Shown one piece after another: positions 1 through 13,623 of a stretch of DNA of 64,000 bases (its first letter is position 1; every line of letters begins with the position of its first letter). Source of the DNA: Mobula birostris (lineage: Eukaryota); the NCBI RefSeq assembly GCF_030028105.1, contig NC_092380.1:114027191-114091190 (forward strand). Reading direction: 5' to 3'. The notes beneath the pieces were generated by a model. The model was not told where the DNA came from, did no database searches, and saw only the letters and a program-made list of their open reading frames with translations. Both the position numbers and the translations under genes were made by a program.

Positions 1-335
1 CACCATACCCTCCCAAACCCCCACTCCCTCTTGCCCTACATCACACTGCATCATCCCCCTCCTCCCCACCCATCTTCCCCCTCATACCCTCCCCCAACCC
101 TCCTCCCTCTGCCTCCACTCTCCTTCCCTCCCCATACACTCCAAACACCATCCTCCCTCTCACTGCCTGCCTCCTTCCCCAACAACATACTCTGCCCATC
201 ATCCTTTCCCCCACTGCCTCACACTACACTCTCCTTCCCCAACACACCTTGTCCTCTCCCTATCCCCACCCATCTCCTTCCTCACCCTCTAACCCCACAC
301 CTCCCTCCATCCATCCCTCGCCCTGTCCCTGGTAC
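1..335. repeat. C-rich low-complexity tract at the start of USP47 intron 1 (G-rich on the sense/minus strand)
   Basis: Almost G-free C/T/A sequence on the plus strand; the Pro-rich ORFs here are compositional artefacts. Confidence 0.8.
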
Positions 336-345
336 CAGGCCTCAC

Positions 346-384
346 CTCCCGGGGTAACAGCCGGTTCTCCTCATTGGGCACCAT
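346..384 (-). CDS. USP47: Ubiquitin carboxyl-terminal hydrolase 47, first coding exon (gene continues off the left end of the window)
   Basis: ATG at 384 gives MVPNEENRLLPRE, then a phase-0 donor GAG|GTGAGG at 345; resembles the recalled USP47 N-terminus MVPGEENQLVPKE; lies in a CpG island; divergent from GALNT18 as in mammals. Confidence 0.88.
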
Positions 385-725
385 GTCTCGGGAGTGGGTG
401 GGCGGTGGGGAGGGGGAAACGACAATCCGGGCGCTGGAGCAGCGAGCGGGCCTCTCAAGAAGGAGACATCGTCGGGCCGCAGTAAACTGGCCGAAGCAGG
501 GAGCGGAGCCGGGTAAAAGAACAGACGGATGAACAGACCAACGACCCCGAGAGTTCCGAGAAACTCGGTCCAGGCGCCCGGGCAACAACCAAAATGGCGA
601 ATGCGGCCCCGGCGCTGCGTCAGCGGCAACGGCGTGTGACGTCACGCGGACCCGCCCCCGCCTGCCGGGACGGGCAGCTGTGCGCACGCGCCACCTGCCC
701 CAATCAAGGCGAACTGCACCAATGC
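385..725. promoter_or_regulatory. CpG-island 5'UTR/promoter of USP47
   Basis: CpG-dense; YY1-like AAAATGGCG at 591; palindromic CRE GTGACGTCAC at 636-645; NRF1-like TGCGCACGCGC at about 681; CCAAT at 700 and 719. Confidence 0.75.
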
Positions 726-1173
726 AACACAAACAAAATACTGGAGGAACTTCCCAGGTCAGGCAGCATCTGTGGAAAGGAATAAACAGTCAGAATCAGG
801 TTTATTATCACTGGCATGTGTCGTGAAATTTGTTAACAGCAGTAGCAGTTCAATACAATACATAGTATAGAGGAAAAACCAACATTTAAAAATAATAAAT
901 AAGTAAATCAATTACAGTATACGTATATTGAATAGTAGTCATACTTAACAGAAATAATATACATTTAAGAAGTGAAGTAATGTCCAAGGGTTGGCAGAGG
1001 GGAAGAAGCTGTTCCTGAATCGCTGGGTGTGTGCCTTCAGGCTTCTGTGTCTCCTACCTGATGATAACAGTGAGAAAAGGGCGTGCCTGGGTGCTGGAGG
1101 ATCTTACTAATAAATGCTGCCTTTCTGAGACACCAGTCCTTGAAGGTGTCCTGAGTACTTTGTAGGCTAGTAC

Positions 1174-4100
1174 CAGGGCCGGGGCCCCTGGGCTGGAGGA
1201 CCTGATGGACCCCTGTGGGCACCATAAAATGCTGCTGTACCAAGCAAAAAAAGGCAAGAACAAGAGCAAAGTTCGTACTGGTCTAAATATCAAAGCTGTG
1301 GACCAAGACATTGGATTAGTACAATATATAGGCTATAAACTTACAGGCCTTAAGAGGGAGGACAGAAAGTAATGCAGGTTCTTAGTTTGAAGGACAGCAT
1401 CTAAAGCACTGAAAAATTGACCTAGGCTTAGTTGGCTTAGTAAAGTTATGAGGGAGATGAAGTATGATGTACCCAATCTTAAATCTTTATTTAGCTATTG
1501 CTGCACATACCATAGGCCTTATTTCTCACCATAGGCCTTATTTCTCAAACAATGTCAAAGCATTTTTATCTAGGTATTTTCCTCAACTGTGTGTTCTGAG
1601 AAAGTAAAATGGAAATGAGAGACAAAAAGGCCAAGAGAGATGGCACTATGGCAAACTAGGAAACTTGACAATACTCCAATACTTTGAAAAATGAGATCTA
1701 GCACATACTAACCTATTGCTGTACTGTGTGGCTTGCAGAGTAAAGACCACTTATTACTTACTAGGTTTGTAAACAGTCAACTATTAGCCTATTGCCACAA
1801 AAACAGGAACAGCACTGACACACAAACCTAGATATTTACAAAGTCAGATGCTTGTTTTTCAAAATTAAAGCCTAGTTCTTCTGGATTTCTTCACAGCAAA
1901 GTCCTTGATCAGATCACTAAAATCCAGTTTCCGAACAAGATCACTTTCAAGTGACATCAGAGTAAGAGGATTCAGCCTGTCCTGTCCCATTGTGGATCTG
2001 AGCCTATCCTTCACTAGCTTGAGTTTGGAGAAAGATAGCTTACCACTTGCATTTGGTCTGGAGGGGGATGAGGACCATCACTGGGTTCCGGCAAACTAGC
2101 AACAGAGGAGCTGAGGGCAATGTGGACAGGGCTAATGAACGTAACCTGTTCTTTAACAGATTTCACATTGTGACCCCTGCCCATCCTCCACATGAGCCAT
2201 CTGTTATCGGCCCCCAATCAATACATGTTCCACTCTCCCCTCCTACCCCTCCTCACAGTCCCCCACCCTGCGCTCATGACTATACCCCTCCCCCACACGA
2301 AACCACCATGGTGGGCTTCATGGCTGAACAGGTGAGAAGACAGCTGAAACGTCTCAACCCAAGCAAGGCTGCAGGACCGGATGGTGTCAGTACCAGGGTG
2401 CTCAAAGCCTGTGCCCCTCAGCTATGTGGAGTACTTTGCCATGTATTCAACCTGAGCCTGAGGCTCCAGAGGGTTCCTGTACTGTGGAAAACGTCCTGCC
2501 TCGTCCCTGTGCAGAAGACACCGCGCCCCAGCGGCCTCAATGACTACAGACCGGTGGCATTGACCTCCCACATCATGAAGACCCTGGAGAGACTTGTTCT
2601 GGAGCTGCTCCGGCCTATGGTCAGGCCACAATTAGATCCCCTCCAGTTCACCTACCAGCCCCGACTAGGAGTTGAGGATGCCATCGTCTACCTGCTAAAC
2701 CGTGTCTACGCCCACCTGGACAAGCCAGCGAGCTCTGTGAGGGTCATGTTTTTTGACTTCTCCTGTGCGTTCAACACCATTCGCCCTGCTCTGCTGGGGA
2801 AGAAGCTGACAGCGATGCAGGTGGATGCTTCCCTGGTATCGTGGATTCTTGATTACCTGACTGGCAGACCACAGTACGTGTGCTTGCAACACTGTGTGTC
2901 CGACAGAGTGATCAGCAGCACTGAGGCTCCACAGGGGACTGTCTTGTCTCCCTTTCTCTTCACCATTTACACCTCAGACTTCAACTACTGCACAGAGTCT
3001 TGTCATCTTCAGAAGTTTTCTGATGACTCTGCCATAGTTGGATGCATCAGCAAGGGAGATGAGGTTGAGAACAGGGCTACGGTAGGAAACTTTGTCACAT
3101 GGTGTGAGCAGAATTATCTGCAGCTTAAAGTGAAAAAGACTAAGGAGCTGGTGGTAGACCTGAGGAGAGCTAAGGTACTGGTGACCCCTGCTTTCATCCA
3201 GGGGGTCAGTGTGGACATGGTGGAGGATTATAAATACCTGGGGATACGTATTGACAATAAACTGTACTGGTCAAAGAACACTGAGGCTGTCTACAAGAAG
3301 GGTCAGAGCCGTCTCTATTTCCTGAGGAGACTGAGGTCCTTTAACATTTGCCGGATGATGCTGAGGATGTTCTACGAGTCTGTGGTGGTCAGTGCTATCA
3401 TGTTTGCTGTTGTGTGCTGGGGCAGCAGGCTGAGGGTAGCAGACACCAACAGAATCAACAAACTCATTCGTAAGGCCAGTGATGTTGTGGGGATGGAACT
3501 GGACTCTCTGACGGTGGTGTCTGAAAAGAGGATGCTGTCTAAGTTGCATGCCATCTTGGACAATGTCTCCCATCCACTACATAATGTACTGGGTGGGCAC
3601 AGGAGTACATTCAGCCAGAGACTCATTCCACCGAGATGTAACACAAAGCGTCATAGGAAGTCATTCCTGCCTGTGGCCATCAAACTTTACAACTCCTCCC
3701 TTGGAGGGTCAGACACCCTGTGCCGATAGGCTGGTCCTGGACTTATTTCATAATTTACTGGCATAATTTACATATTACTATTTAACTATTTATGGTTCTA
3801 TTAGTATTTATTATTTATGGTGCAACTGTAATGAAAACCAATTTCCCCCGGGATCAATAAAGTATGACTATGACTATTTGTGACAGGGAGAGTCGGGTAA
3901 AGCCTCAAAACAATGCTTACGTTTGGGAAGATGACCTGCAAATTTTTTTCTCTGAGGAAGCATAAAAGCTCTGTTGCAGATTAAATATCTTTGCCACTTA
4001 CAAATTCCCTGAAATGGACAATCTCCTCCACAAAGTCTAGCTCCAGGTCAGCTGAATATCTGCTTTGAAGATCAGATGCTCTCCTGCGCAGATCTTGTAC

Positions 4101-5513
4101 AGAGAGAGAAGGGGTATTGTTTAGGATGCCAAATGTGTTGTTAAGGTGATGCAAATCTGCAATCAATTTCTGCAAGTAATCTATCCATCACGGCCAAAAA
4201 AACAGTAGCTGAGAATTTTCCCTGGCTGACAAGCCAACATCAGATGTTGTGGATTCACCCAGAAAGGCTTTACATTTTCTTTTTTGTTGGGTGTCTTCTT
4301 TGTACACTTGTGAGACTGTTGGAGACATAGTTTTAGCCTGGGTCTCAAAAGTATCAAATTGATCACGCAAGCTTGCTATGTATCTCCATAGTGATCTCAC
4401 CAAATCCACAGCATCACACAGGTCTAGATTTACAGCTTGCAATGCAACACTTGCACTTTCAAAGCACTGAAGAATGCAATGCCACAATTTGCTCAGAAAA
4501 ACTATCTCAAGCTTGTCCTTTTTTTTGTATAGTGACCTTGCTTCACTTCTAGATGCCACATTCTGATTAATGTCATCTGCAATGCTCTTTAACGAATCTT
4601 CAATATTGGCATAATGCCTGTGTGGCTTCTGCATGTGCAGAGTTTCAATGCGCTTGTTCGCATTAGGCCGAAGTCCTGCAGTCATCACTTTCCACCTCGA
4701 AGTTGACTTGGAGCGGAAGTCGAACGCATTCCGCACGAAGCTTAAAAAATCAGCTGTTTGAACACAACAGTTGACACTGTTGATTCCAACGCGATTCAAT
4801 GTGTGTGCTGCACATGGCACCCACTGTTCCAAGAAACAAAACACACAGCCGGTGGGAGGGGAATATAAGAGCCATTGCCTTGATATGTGCTCACCATTTA
4901 CAATCTTGCGTTTGAAGTGAAATTTGGAGAAAAAACGACTCTTCTGTTTGTATACTCGTTTCGAAGCTTTGATATCCACATCCTTATCCTGGCAGGACTC
5001 CGGCCCTTTCTCAGCCCAGTATACTCGGACTGAATCACCTAACGTTTCCTTTCCCCAGCGAGCAGGATCAGTGCTGTAGAATCCTCAGTAGCAGTAACGT
5101 TAACATTAATGGCGGCCTGACTTGGTTGTTCGGAGGCATCTGTGTTCAGGAATCTCAAAGTCATGTTCTCTACCTCTTCAACATTGGCTGCTGACTGTGG
5201 CAAGGCCTGTGCTCCTGTGCTAACGCTGGTGCTAGCGCTAGCTGTTGAACAAGTCTCCATTTGTCCACCGGTCTCAGACTGTGACAAGAGCAATGGTACT
5301 GCTGCGTCATTGAGAACAGGTTTAAACAATCCTGTCAATTTCAATGTCTTTTTAAATGCTTCTTTCTCATGGTCTTTTTCTTGTTTCTTTTTTTCTTTTC
5401 TGTACTCCACTCTTGTATCATCCGCCATGATGATAGCTACCTATTTTGGACCCCTCTGTAGCTCTGGCCCCTGGGCTGCAGCCCAGCCTAGCCCTGACTA
5501 AAGTTTGACCCTG
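1174..5513 (-). mobile_element. hAT DNA transposon with a pseudogenised transposase
   Basis: Ends CAGGG...CCCTG; 8-bp TSD GCTAGTAC at 1166-1173 and 5514-5521; minus-strand transposase pieces (QWLLYSP..VFCF, VPCAAHTLN, IFPNVSIVLRLY) and the C-terminal dimerisation motif TNASGKLSFSKLKLVKDRLRSTMGQDRLN ending near 1865. Confidence 0.9.
2056..3875 (+). mobile_element. 5'-truncated Rex1/Babar-like LINE with an uninterrupted RT ORF (2047-3729), inserted in the hAT transposase
   Basis: RT motifs KAAGPDG, DYRPVALTS, FFDFSCAFNTI, APQGTVLSP, KFSDD, YKYLG; 3' tail AATAAAGTATGACTATGACTAT; ATTTG at both junctions (2051-2055 and 3876-3880). Confidence 0.92.
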
Positions 5514-7329
5514 GCTAGTACCTAAGATGGAGCCGATTAAATTTACAACCCTCTGCAGCTTCTTTCGGTCCTGTGCAGTAGCCCTCCCCACCAAACCAGG
5601 CAGTGATGCCGCCTGTCAGAATGCTCCCCACAGTACCGTGGAGTGTATTTGTTGATATGCCAAATCTCTTCAAACTCCTAATGAAGAATAGCCGCTATCT
5701 TGCCTTCTTTATAACTGCACCAATATGTTGGGACCAGGTTAGATCCTCAGAGATCTTGACACCCAGGAACTTGAAACTGCTCACTCTCTCCACTGCTGAT
5801 CTCTCTATGAGGATTAGTATGTGTCCATTAATCTTACCCTTCCTGAAGTCCACAATCAGCTCTTTCATCTTACTGACATTGAGTGCCAGGTTGTTGCTGT
5901 GGCACCATTCCACTAGTTGGCATATCTCACTCCTGTACGCCCTCTCGTCGCCATCTGAGATTCTATCAACAATGGTTGTATGGTCAGCAAATTTATAGAT
6001 TGTATTTGAGCTATGCCTAGCCACACAGTCATGTATATATAGAGAGTAGATGTGTGGGATAAGCGCACACCCCTGAGGTGCACCAGTGTTGATCAATGTT
6101 TCGAGACAAGACACTTCATCAGGACTGGAAAGGAGGGGAGAAAAGCCAGAATAAGGTGGGGGAGGTGAGGAAGTACAAGCTGGGAGGTGATGGGTGACAC
6201 CAGGTGAGGGTGAAGGTGAGTGGGGAAGGTAATTGCTGGAAAAGATAACTTTATTTATTTCATTTATTCAGTGATACAGCATGGAATAAACCCTTCCACA
6301 ATTTCAAGCCACACCGCCCCAGCAACCCTAATTAACCCTGACATAACCTTGTGACAATTTACCTCTTTGGTGTGTGTTTGGACTCTGGGAGGAAACCATG
6401 GGGAGAGGACGGAAGAAGAATGAATCGGATGGAGAGGAGAGTGGACCGCGGGAGGAGGGGAACCAGAGGGAGGTGGTGGGCAGGTGAGGAGAAGAGAAGG
6501 GGTGAGGGGGGAACCAGAAAAGGGAGGGAGGGGGAACAGAGGGGAGTGATTACCAGAAGATGGAGAAATCAGTATTTACGCTGTCAGTTTGGAGGCTACC
6601 AAGATGGAATATGAGGTGTAAATGGTAACAAATGCATACTTTGATTACAAATTTACTTTGCATTTATCAACAACTCGACAACCAGCACTGACTCACTGCA
6701 CCAGCCATGTAAATGTCTACCTGAGGGCTGTGAATTCCACCGTAAATGTTTTAACTCCTGAGTCACCCTGGTCCAGTTCACTGGTTCATTGGCAAGACCA
6801 GAGGGACTGCGTTGCCTCAGCTGTCTGGTGCTGGCCCCACCCATCAGTGCTGCCCCCCAGTGTTCACTCGGAAGAAGTCCAGCTGGATTGCGTTTGTCTG
6901 CAGTGTGATAATGAACTGCTGTGTGCTCGTTCTTGCAGAAACGTGGCTCCAGGACAACATCCATGCACCATCAATCTACAGGCCGTGACACTCAGGGAGT
7001 CAGACGATATAATTTTTTTGTAACTATATGTTTTTTCTGCTATCGTAATTACGTGAGCGGTGTGTGACTTGGGTCTGTGTTTTACTGCTTGGCCCCAGAG
7101 GAACACTGTTGCATTTGCCCGCATTCATGTGTATGGTTGAATGACAATTAAACTTGAATTAGACACACCCATCAAAAAAAACATTTCCATCAGCTTGGAT
7201 GAATTCCTTGGCCCCTTTGCATGCTGTGTTACTCAATGATTCCAGTACAAGTCAGGAATGTAATGGAATACTCTCAAATTCACTGAGCTTCAACTTCATA
7301 CATCTCAACATCTCTGAAGATTAATCCTG

Positions 7330-7740
7330 GGCTTTTAAATGAGGATGACCTCATTGAAACCTATCGAATGGTGAAAGGCCTTGATAAGAATGGATGAGGA
7401 GAGGATATTTCCTTTGGTGGGAGAGTCTAAGACCAAAGGAGACAGCCTCAGAATAGAGGGGCGTCCTTTTAGAATGGAGATGAGGAGGAATTTCTTTAGC
7501 CAGAGAGTGGCGAATCTATGGAATTTGATGCCACGGGTAGTTATGGAGGCCAAGTCTTTATGTATATTTAAGGCAGAGGTTGATAGATCCTTGACTAGTC
7601 AGGGCATGAAGGATACAGGGGAGTGGAGGGAAGGCTGGAGATTGGGGCTGAGAGGAAAAATGGATCAGCCATGATGAAATGGTGGAGCAGACATGATGGG
7701 CCAAATGGCCCGATTCTGCTCCTATACCTTATGGTCTTAT
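7330..7740 (+). mobile_element. CR1 (HER1-like) LINE 3' fragment
   Basis: ORF2 C-terminus ...RIFPLVGESKTKGDSLRIEGRPFRMEMRRNFFSQRV, plus typical 3'UTR. Confidence 0.8.
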
Positions 7741-9099
7741 ATCACTGACATATGTCCTGAAATTTGTCGTTTTGCAGCAGCAGCAGTACATTGCAACACA
7801 TAATTAAAAACTATAAAGTACAGTAAGAAGTACACACAGAAAAAGAAAATTAAATTAAATAACTAGTGCATTAAGAGAGAAAAAATACTGAGGTAGTGTC
7901 ATGGCTTCATTGTCCATTGTAAATCTGATGACAGAGGGGGAAAGGCTGTTCCTGAAACGTATGTACGTGCCTTCAGGCTGCTGTGTCTCCCTGATGGTAA
8001 CAATGAGAAGAGGGCATGCCCTGGGTGATGGGGGTCTTTAACGATGGATGCTGCCTTTTTGAGTCATTGCCTTTCGAAGGTGCCCTGGATGCTGGGGAGG
8101 CTGGTGCCCGTGACAGAGCCAGAGTTCAAGAAGGCACAACAGCATCTATATTTCATTCAGAGGTTGTGGAGATTTGGAATGTCACCAAAGGTTCTTGCAC
8201 GTTTCTATGGATGTGCTGACTGGCTGCATCAGCTCCTGGTCTAGAAGGGCCACAGCACAGGAGCGGGAAAAGCTGCAGGGGGGTTATCAGCTCAGCCAGC
8301 TCCATCGCAGGCACCAGCCTCCACAACATCGAGGGCGTGCCAAAGCTGGTGCCTCGAGAACATGGCATTCATCATGAAGGACTCTCAGCACCCAGGACGT
8401 GCCGTCTCTTCATTGTTACCAACAAGGAGGAGATACAGGAGTCCGAAGACTCACATTCAATGTTTCAGGAACAGCTCCTTCCGCTCCACAATCAGATTTC
8501 CGAATGGACAGTGAACCCGTGAACACTACCTCACCACTTCGCGCTCTCTTTGCACTATCTATTTCTTTTATCTATACTGTGAAATGTGATTTCCAGTCAT
8601 ATTCATGTGTACTACTGCTGCCTCAAAGCAACATACTTACTGACATATATATAGTGATAATAATCCTGATTTTGATTCTGAATGTCCTGGGTGAATCCAT
8701 CTCCAGAAGCTTGGCCCCATGGCATAGCACCCCCCCCCCCCCTCCACCGGCCTGATTTATACCCACCCTAAACTTTCATTCCCTCCAGTATGGGCACGCT
8801 GTGGCTGCTGTATGCACCATCTACCAAAAGCAATGCTGCTATTTGCTTAGGCTATAACATAAACACCTCCCAACTCGTGACCAAAGATAAAAATGTGCCA
8901 CCTTCTGCCGGTTCCACGGTAGCCACACAACCCTCCTGTTCAGTCAATCATTGGTGAGAATCAGTTGATGTAGTGTACTTGGATTTTGATAAGGTGCCAC
9001 ACATGAGGCTGCTTAACAAGCTATGAGCCCATGGTATTATGAGAAAGATTCTAGCATGGATAAAGCAGTGGCTGATTGGCAGGAGGCAAAGTGTGCCGA

Positions 9100-9615
9100 C
9101 TTCCGGTGTCCGCTCAGTGCTGCCCTCCGGTGTCCGCTCAGTGCTGCCCTCCGGTGTTTGCTCGGTGCTGCCCTCCAGTGTTAGCTCAGTGCTGCTCCCC
9201 TGTGTTTGCTCGGTGCTGCTCTCCAGTGTTTGCTCATTGCTGCTCTCCAGTGTTTGCTCAGTGCTGCCCTCCTGTGTTCGCTCAGTGCTGCCCTCCGGTG
9301 TTCGCACGGTGCTGCCCTCCAGTGTTCACTCGGTGCTGCCCTCCGGTGTTCGCTCAGTGCTGCCCTCCGGTGTTCGCTCAGTGCTGCCCTCCGGTGTTCA
9401 CTCGGTGCTGCTCCCCTGTGTTCACTCGGTGCTACTCCCTGTGTTCACTTGGTGCTGCTCCCTGGTGTTCACTCAGTGCTGCTCTCTGGTGTTGGCTCAG
9501 TACTGCCCTCTGGTGTTTGTTCAGTGCTGCCCTCTGGTGTTCGCTCGGTGCTGCTCTCCAGTGTTCACTCAGTGCTGCTCTCCTGTGTTCGCTCGGTGCT
9601 GCCCTCCGGTGTTCA
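9100..9615. repeat. 24-bp minisatellite (CCTCCGGTGTTCGCTCAGTGCTGC variants), about 21 copies
   Basis: 8-aa periodic translations (SGVRSVLP); follows a CR1 RT fragment at about 8960-9095. Confidence 0.9.
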
Positions 9616-10545
9616 TTGGTGGAAGAACAAAGTGGACCAGGACAACTCAGGAAATTGGACTACAAGTCAACCTTCACTAATCCAGCACCATTGGGACCTG
9701 AGGAGTGCCGGATCAGTGAAAATACCGAATTACAGCAGGATCACGTTAAACACAATCAGTGCTGGATTATCGAAGGAACTGGATTACAGGTGGTCAGATT
9801 AGTGAAGGTTGACCTATACATTTTTTTTTTCCCTTTGTGACTGTTCTACCATTGTAACTATATGTGCTTGTTGTAATGTGTGCAATGTGCTGTGTGCTGT
9901 TGGTAACAAGTTTCTAGCACAATTGAATTCACGTTTAATTGTCATTCAACCATACATGAATACTCATGAATACAGCCAAACAAGACAGCTTTTCTCTGGG
10001 GCAAGGTGCTAAAATGCATTACCAACAGTTACATACAAGAACACATTCACAGAATAAAGAGACCCCCCCCCCACCCCCACGGCTTGATATGCCCAGTTCT
10101 CACACATACTAGTCAACAAACCTATACAGAATATCAGTAAAAAAACAACACAGATATGCATGAACATTGACTTCTCAAACTTCCGCTAATGCCCCACCTC
10201 CCCCTCGTACCCCATCCGTTATTTATTTTTATAGGCACATTCTTTCTCTCTCTCTCCTTTTTCTCCCTCTGTTCCTCTGACTATACCCCTTGCCCATCCT
10301 CTGGGTCCCCCCTCCCCCTTTTCCTTCTCCCTGGGCCTCCTGTCCCATGATCCTCTCATATCCCTTTTGCCAATCACCTGTCCAGCTCTTGGCTCCATCT
10401 CTCCCCCTCCTGTCTTCTCCTATCATTACTTGTGTTTTATATATGAGTTTTATGTACTGTGTTATGCACCCTGGTCCGGAGGAATATTGTTTCACTTGTT
10501 GGTATACATGTGTACAGTTCTGTGTGAGTTATATGAACTGTGTTG

Positions 10546-10845
10546 GTGCATGGCCAAGTGGTTAAGGCATTTGTCTAATGATCTGAAGGTCACTAGTTCG
10601 AGCCTTGGCTGAAGCAGCGTGTTGTGTCCTTGAGCAAGGCACTTAATCACACATTGCTCTGCGACAACACCAGTGCCAAGCTGTATGGGTCCTAATGCCC
10701 TTCCCTTGGACAACATCGGTGGCATGGAGAAGGGAGACATGCAGCATGGGCAACTGCCGGTCTTCCATACAACCTTGCCCAGGCCTGCGCCCTGGAAACC
10801 TTCCAAGGCGCAAATCTATGGTCTCACGATACTAACGGATGCCTG
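10546..10845 (+). mobile_element. tRNA-derived SINE with a 16-bp TSD
   Basis: A-box-like TGGCCAAGTGG and B-box-like GTTCGAGCC; TATATGAACTGTGTTG at 10530-10545 and 10846-10861; second copy on the minus strand at about 31780-32065. Confidence 0.85.
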
Positions 10846-10867
10846 TATATGAACTGTGTTGTGCACC

Positions 10868-11940
10868 CTGATGAGAAGGTATTTCTTTAGCCAGAGGGTG
10901 GTGAATCTGTGGAATTCATTGTCACAGACGGCTGTGGAGGCCAAGTCATTGGGTATATTTAAAGCGGAAGTTGATAGATTCTTGATTAGTCAGTGCATCA
11001 GAGGTTTACAGGGAGAAGGCAGGAGAATGGGGTTGAGAGGGATAATAAATCAGCTGTGATGGAATGGTGTAATGTATAATGGAGTTTAATGCTGATAAGC
11101 GTGAGGTGCTACGCTTTGGTAGGACTAATCAAAATAGGACATACATGGTAAATGGTAGGGCATTGAAGAATGCAGAAGAACAGAGGGATCTAGGAATAAT
11201 GGTGCATAGTTCCCTGAAGGTGGAATCTCATGTGGATAGGGTGGTGAAGAGAGCTTTTGGTATGCTGGCTTTTATAAATCAGAGCATTGAGTATAGGAGT
11301 TGGGATGTAATGTTGAAATTGTACAAGACATTGGTAAGGCCAAGTTTGGAGTATTGTGTACAGATCCGGTCACTGAATTATAGGAAAGATGTCAACAAAA
11401 TAAAGAGAGTACAGAGGAGATTTACTAGAATGTTACCTGGGTTTCATCACCTATGTTACAGAGAAAGGTTGAACAAGTTGGGTCTTTATTCTTTGGAGTG
11501 TAGAAGGTTGAGGGGGGACTTGATAGAGGTATTTAAAATTATGAGGGGGATAGATAGAGTTGACATGGATAAGCTTTTTCCATTGAGAGTGGGGGAGATT
11601 CAAACAAGAGGACATGAGTTGAGAGTTAAAGGGCAAAAGTTTAGGGGTAACATGAGGGGGAACTTCTTTACTCAGAGAGTGGTGGCTGTGTGGAACGAGC
11701 TTCCAGCAGAAGTGGTTGAGGCAGGTTCGATGTTGTTGTTTAAAGTAAAATTGGACAGCTATATGGACAGGAAAGGAATGGAGGGTTATGGGCTGAGTGC
11801 AGGCCGGTGGGACTAGGTGAGAGTAAGCGTTTGGCACAGACAGGAAGGGCTGAGATGGCCTGTTTCCGTGCTGTAATTGTTATATGGTAACAGACTCATT
11901 GGGCTGAATGGCCTAATTCTGCTCCTAGGTCTTAGGGTCT
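10868..11940 (+). mobile_element. CR1 3' fragment with a second CR1 fragment (about 11071-11888; ORF 11079-11816) nested in it
   Basis: ORF2 C-terminal motifs LYKTLVRPSLEYC, RRLRGDLIEVFKI, NFFTQRVV; the outer 3'UTR resumes at about 11890. Confidence 0.8.
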
Positions 11941-12789
11941 ATTTGGAGGTATTTTATTGGGACTGTCAGCTGAGCTGCACATAAAAACTTTTTCCTGAAG
12001 TGACATAAATGGCACAGGTAAACAGTGTCACAGAGCCTGATGAATCATCTCGATCTTACAGACTGTCAATACAGCTTCTAGCTGTGGGCACTATTTACAG
12101 GAGAGCTGACCGACAAGGAAATCTTTCTACTGCAGCCAGTCTCAAGATGAAACCTATTTATAATCAACACAAATAAAGACATTAACTGTTCAATTCATGA
12201 GAAGGGAACATTTTCACAATTTAATGTCCAGGAAGTTAAATTTAGCGGCTGACCAAAGGGAAATGTTTGTGACATTTTGGTGAAGAAAATTCTACCATGA
12301 GAAACATTTTCAACTGCTGAATGGGTGTTTTTCCTTTGCTGATACACGTGCATGTAATAAGATTACCGAATGATCATCACCCAGATCTTGTCACGTGTGA
12401 AGCGCCACTAACATTGCACTGCTTACTTTTTCACTTCTGTTGTAAATGCACCTCAAAGTTCAGAGTAAATGTATTATCAAATCAAATATATGATTGTTTT
12501 CTTGTGGGCTTCTTCAATAAGTACAATAATCATAACAGTATCAATGAAAGACCGCATAAACAGGGCAGACATCCAGAGTTCCAAAAACAACAAACTGGGG
12601 AAATACAAAAAGAAAGAACAACAAATAATTATAACAATAAATAAGTGAACAATAAATATCGAGAACATGAGATGAAGTGTTGTTGAGGGTGAGTCCAAAG
12701 GGAACAGTTTAGTGGTGGGGCAACTGAATTTGAGTGAAGTTATGCTTTGATTCAAGAGCTGTTAGTTGAGGGGTAGTAACTGTTCTTCC

Positions 12790-13548
12790 ACAATAGGTCT
12801 ACGGCAGACGCAATCTCAATGGCTCATCACACAGCCTTATATCACCTGGACTATACAAAACACCTATGTCAGGCTGCTATGTCAGACCATAACGCAACGT
12901 TTCACACCATCATTCATACAGTCCTGATCAATAAGCTACAAAAACTGGGTCTCTGTACCTCCCTTGCAAATTGGATCTTTAACTTCCTAATCAGAAAACT
13001 GAATATCTGTGCTGATTGGTAATAATATCTCCTCCTCGCTGACGATCAACACTGGCACACCTCAGGGGTGTGTGCTTAGCCCACGGCTCTACTCTCTCTA
13101 TACCCATGACTGTGGCTAGGCATAGCTCAAACACCATCTATAAATTTGCTGATGATACAAACATTGTTGGTAGAATCTCAGGTGGTGATGAGAGGGTGCA
13201 CAGGAGTGAGATATGCCAACTAGTGGAGTGGTGCCACAGCAACAACCTGGCACTCAACGTCAGTAAGACGAAACACTGATTGTGGACTTCAAGAAGGGTA
13301 AGATGAAGGAACACATACCAATCCTCGTAGAGGGATCAGAAGTGGAGAGAGTGAGCGGCTTCAAGTTCCTGGGTGTCAAGATCTCTGAGGATCTAACCTG
13401 GTCCCAGCATATCGATGCAGCTATAAAGAAGGCAAGACAGTGACTATACTTCATTAGGAGTTTGAGAAATTTCATTTGTCATCTAAAACACTTGAAAACT
13501 TCTACAGATGTACCATGGAGAGTTTTCTGACAGGATGCATCACTGTCT

Positions 13549-13623
<75 letters not shown>

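Larger units (their letters stand above)
790..6097 (-). mobile_element. Decayed Rex/Babar-like LINE, split by the hAT insertion into about 790-1173 and 5514-6097
   Basis: RT fragment INTGAPQG...KFADHTTIV...CHSNNLALNVSK (5695-6114); the sequence is continuous across the hAT TSD. Confidence 0.75.

Noticed and set aside
3981-5428. Possible domesticated ZMYM1/ZBED-like gene
   Set aside because: Frameshifts, deletions and a LINE insertion, with TIRs and TSD still present, indicate a dead transposon
9039-9840. Cys-rich keratin-associated-protein-like ORF (AQCCPPVF)n
   Set aside because: All three frames are open over a 24-bp repeat fused to a CR1 fragment; no promoter or splice support
10546-10625. 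Possible tRNA gene
   Set aside because: Head of a TSD-flanked SINE with a second copy in the window; no convincing cloverleaf
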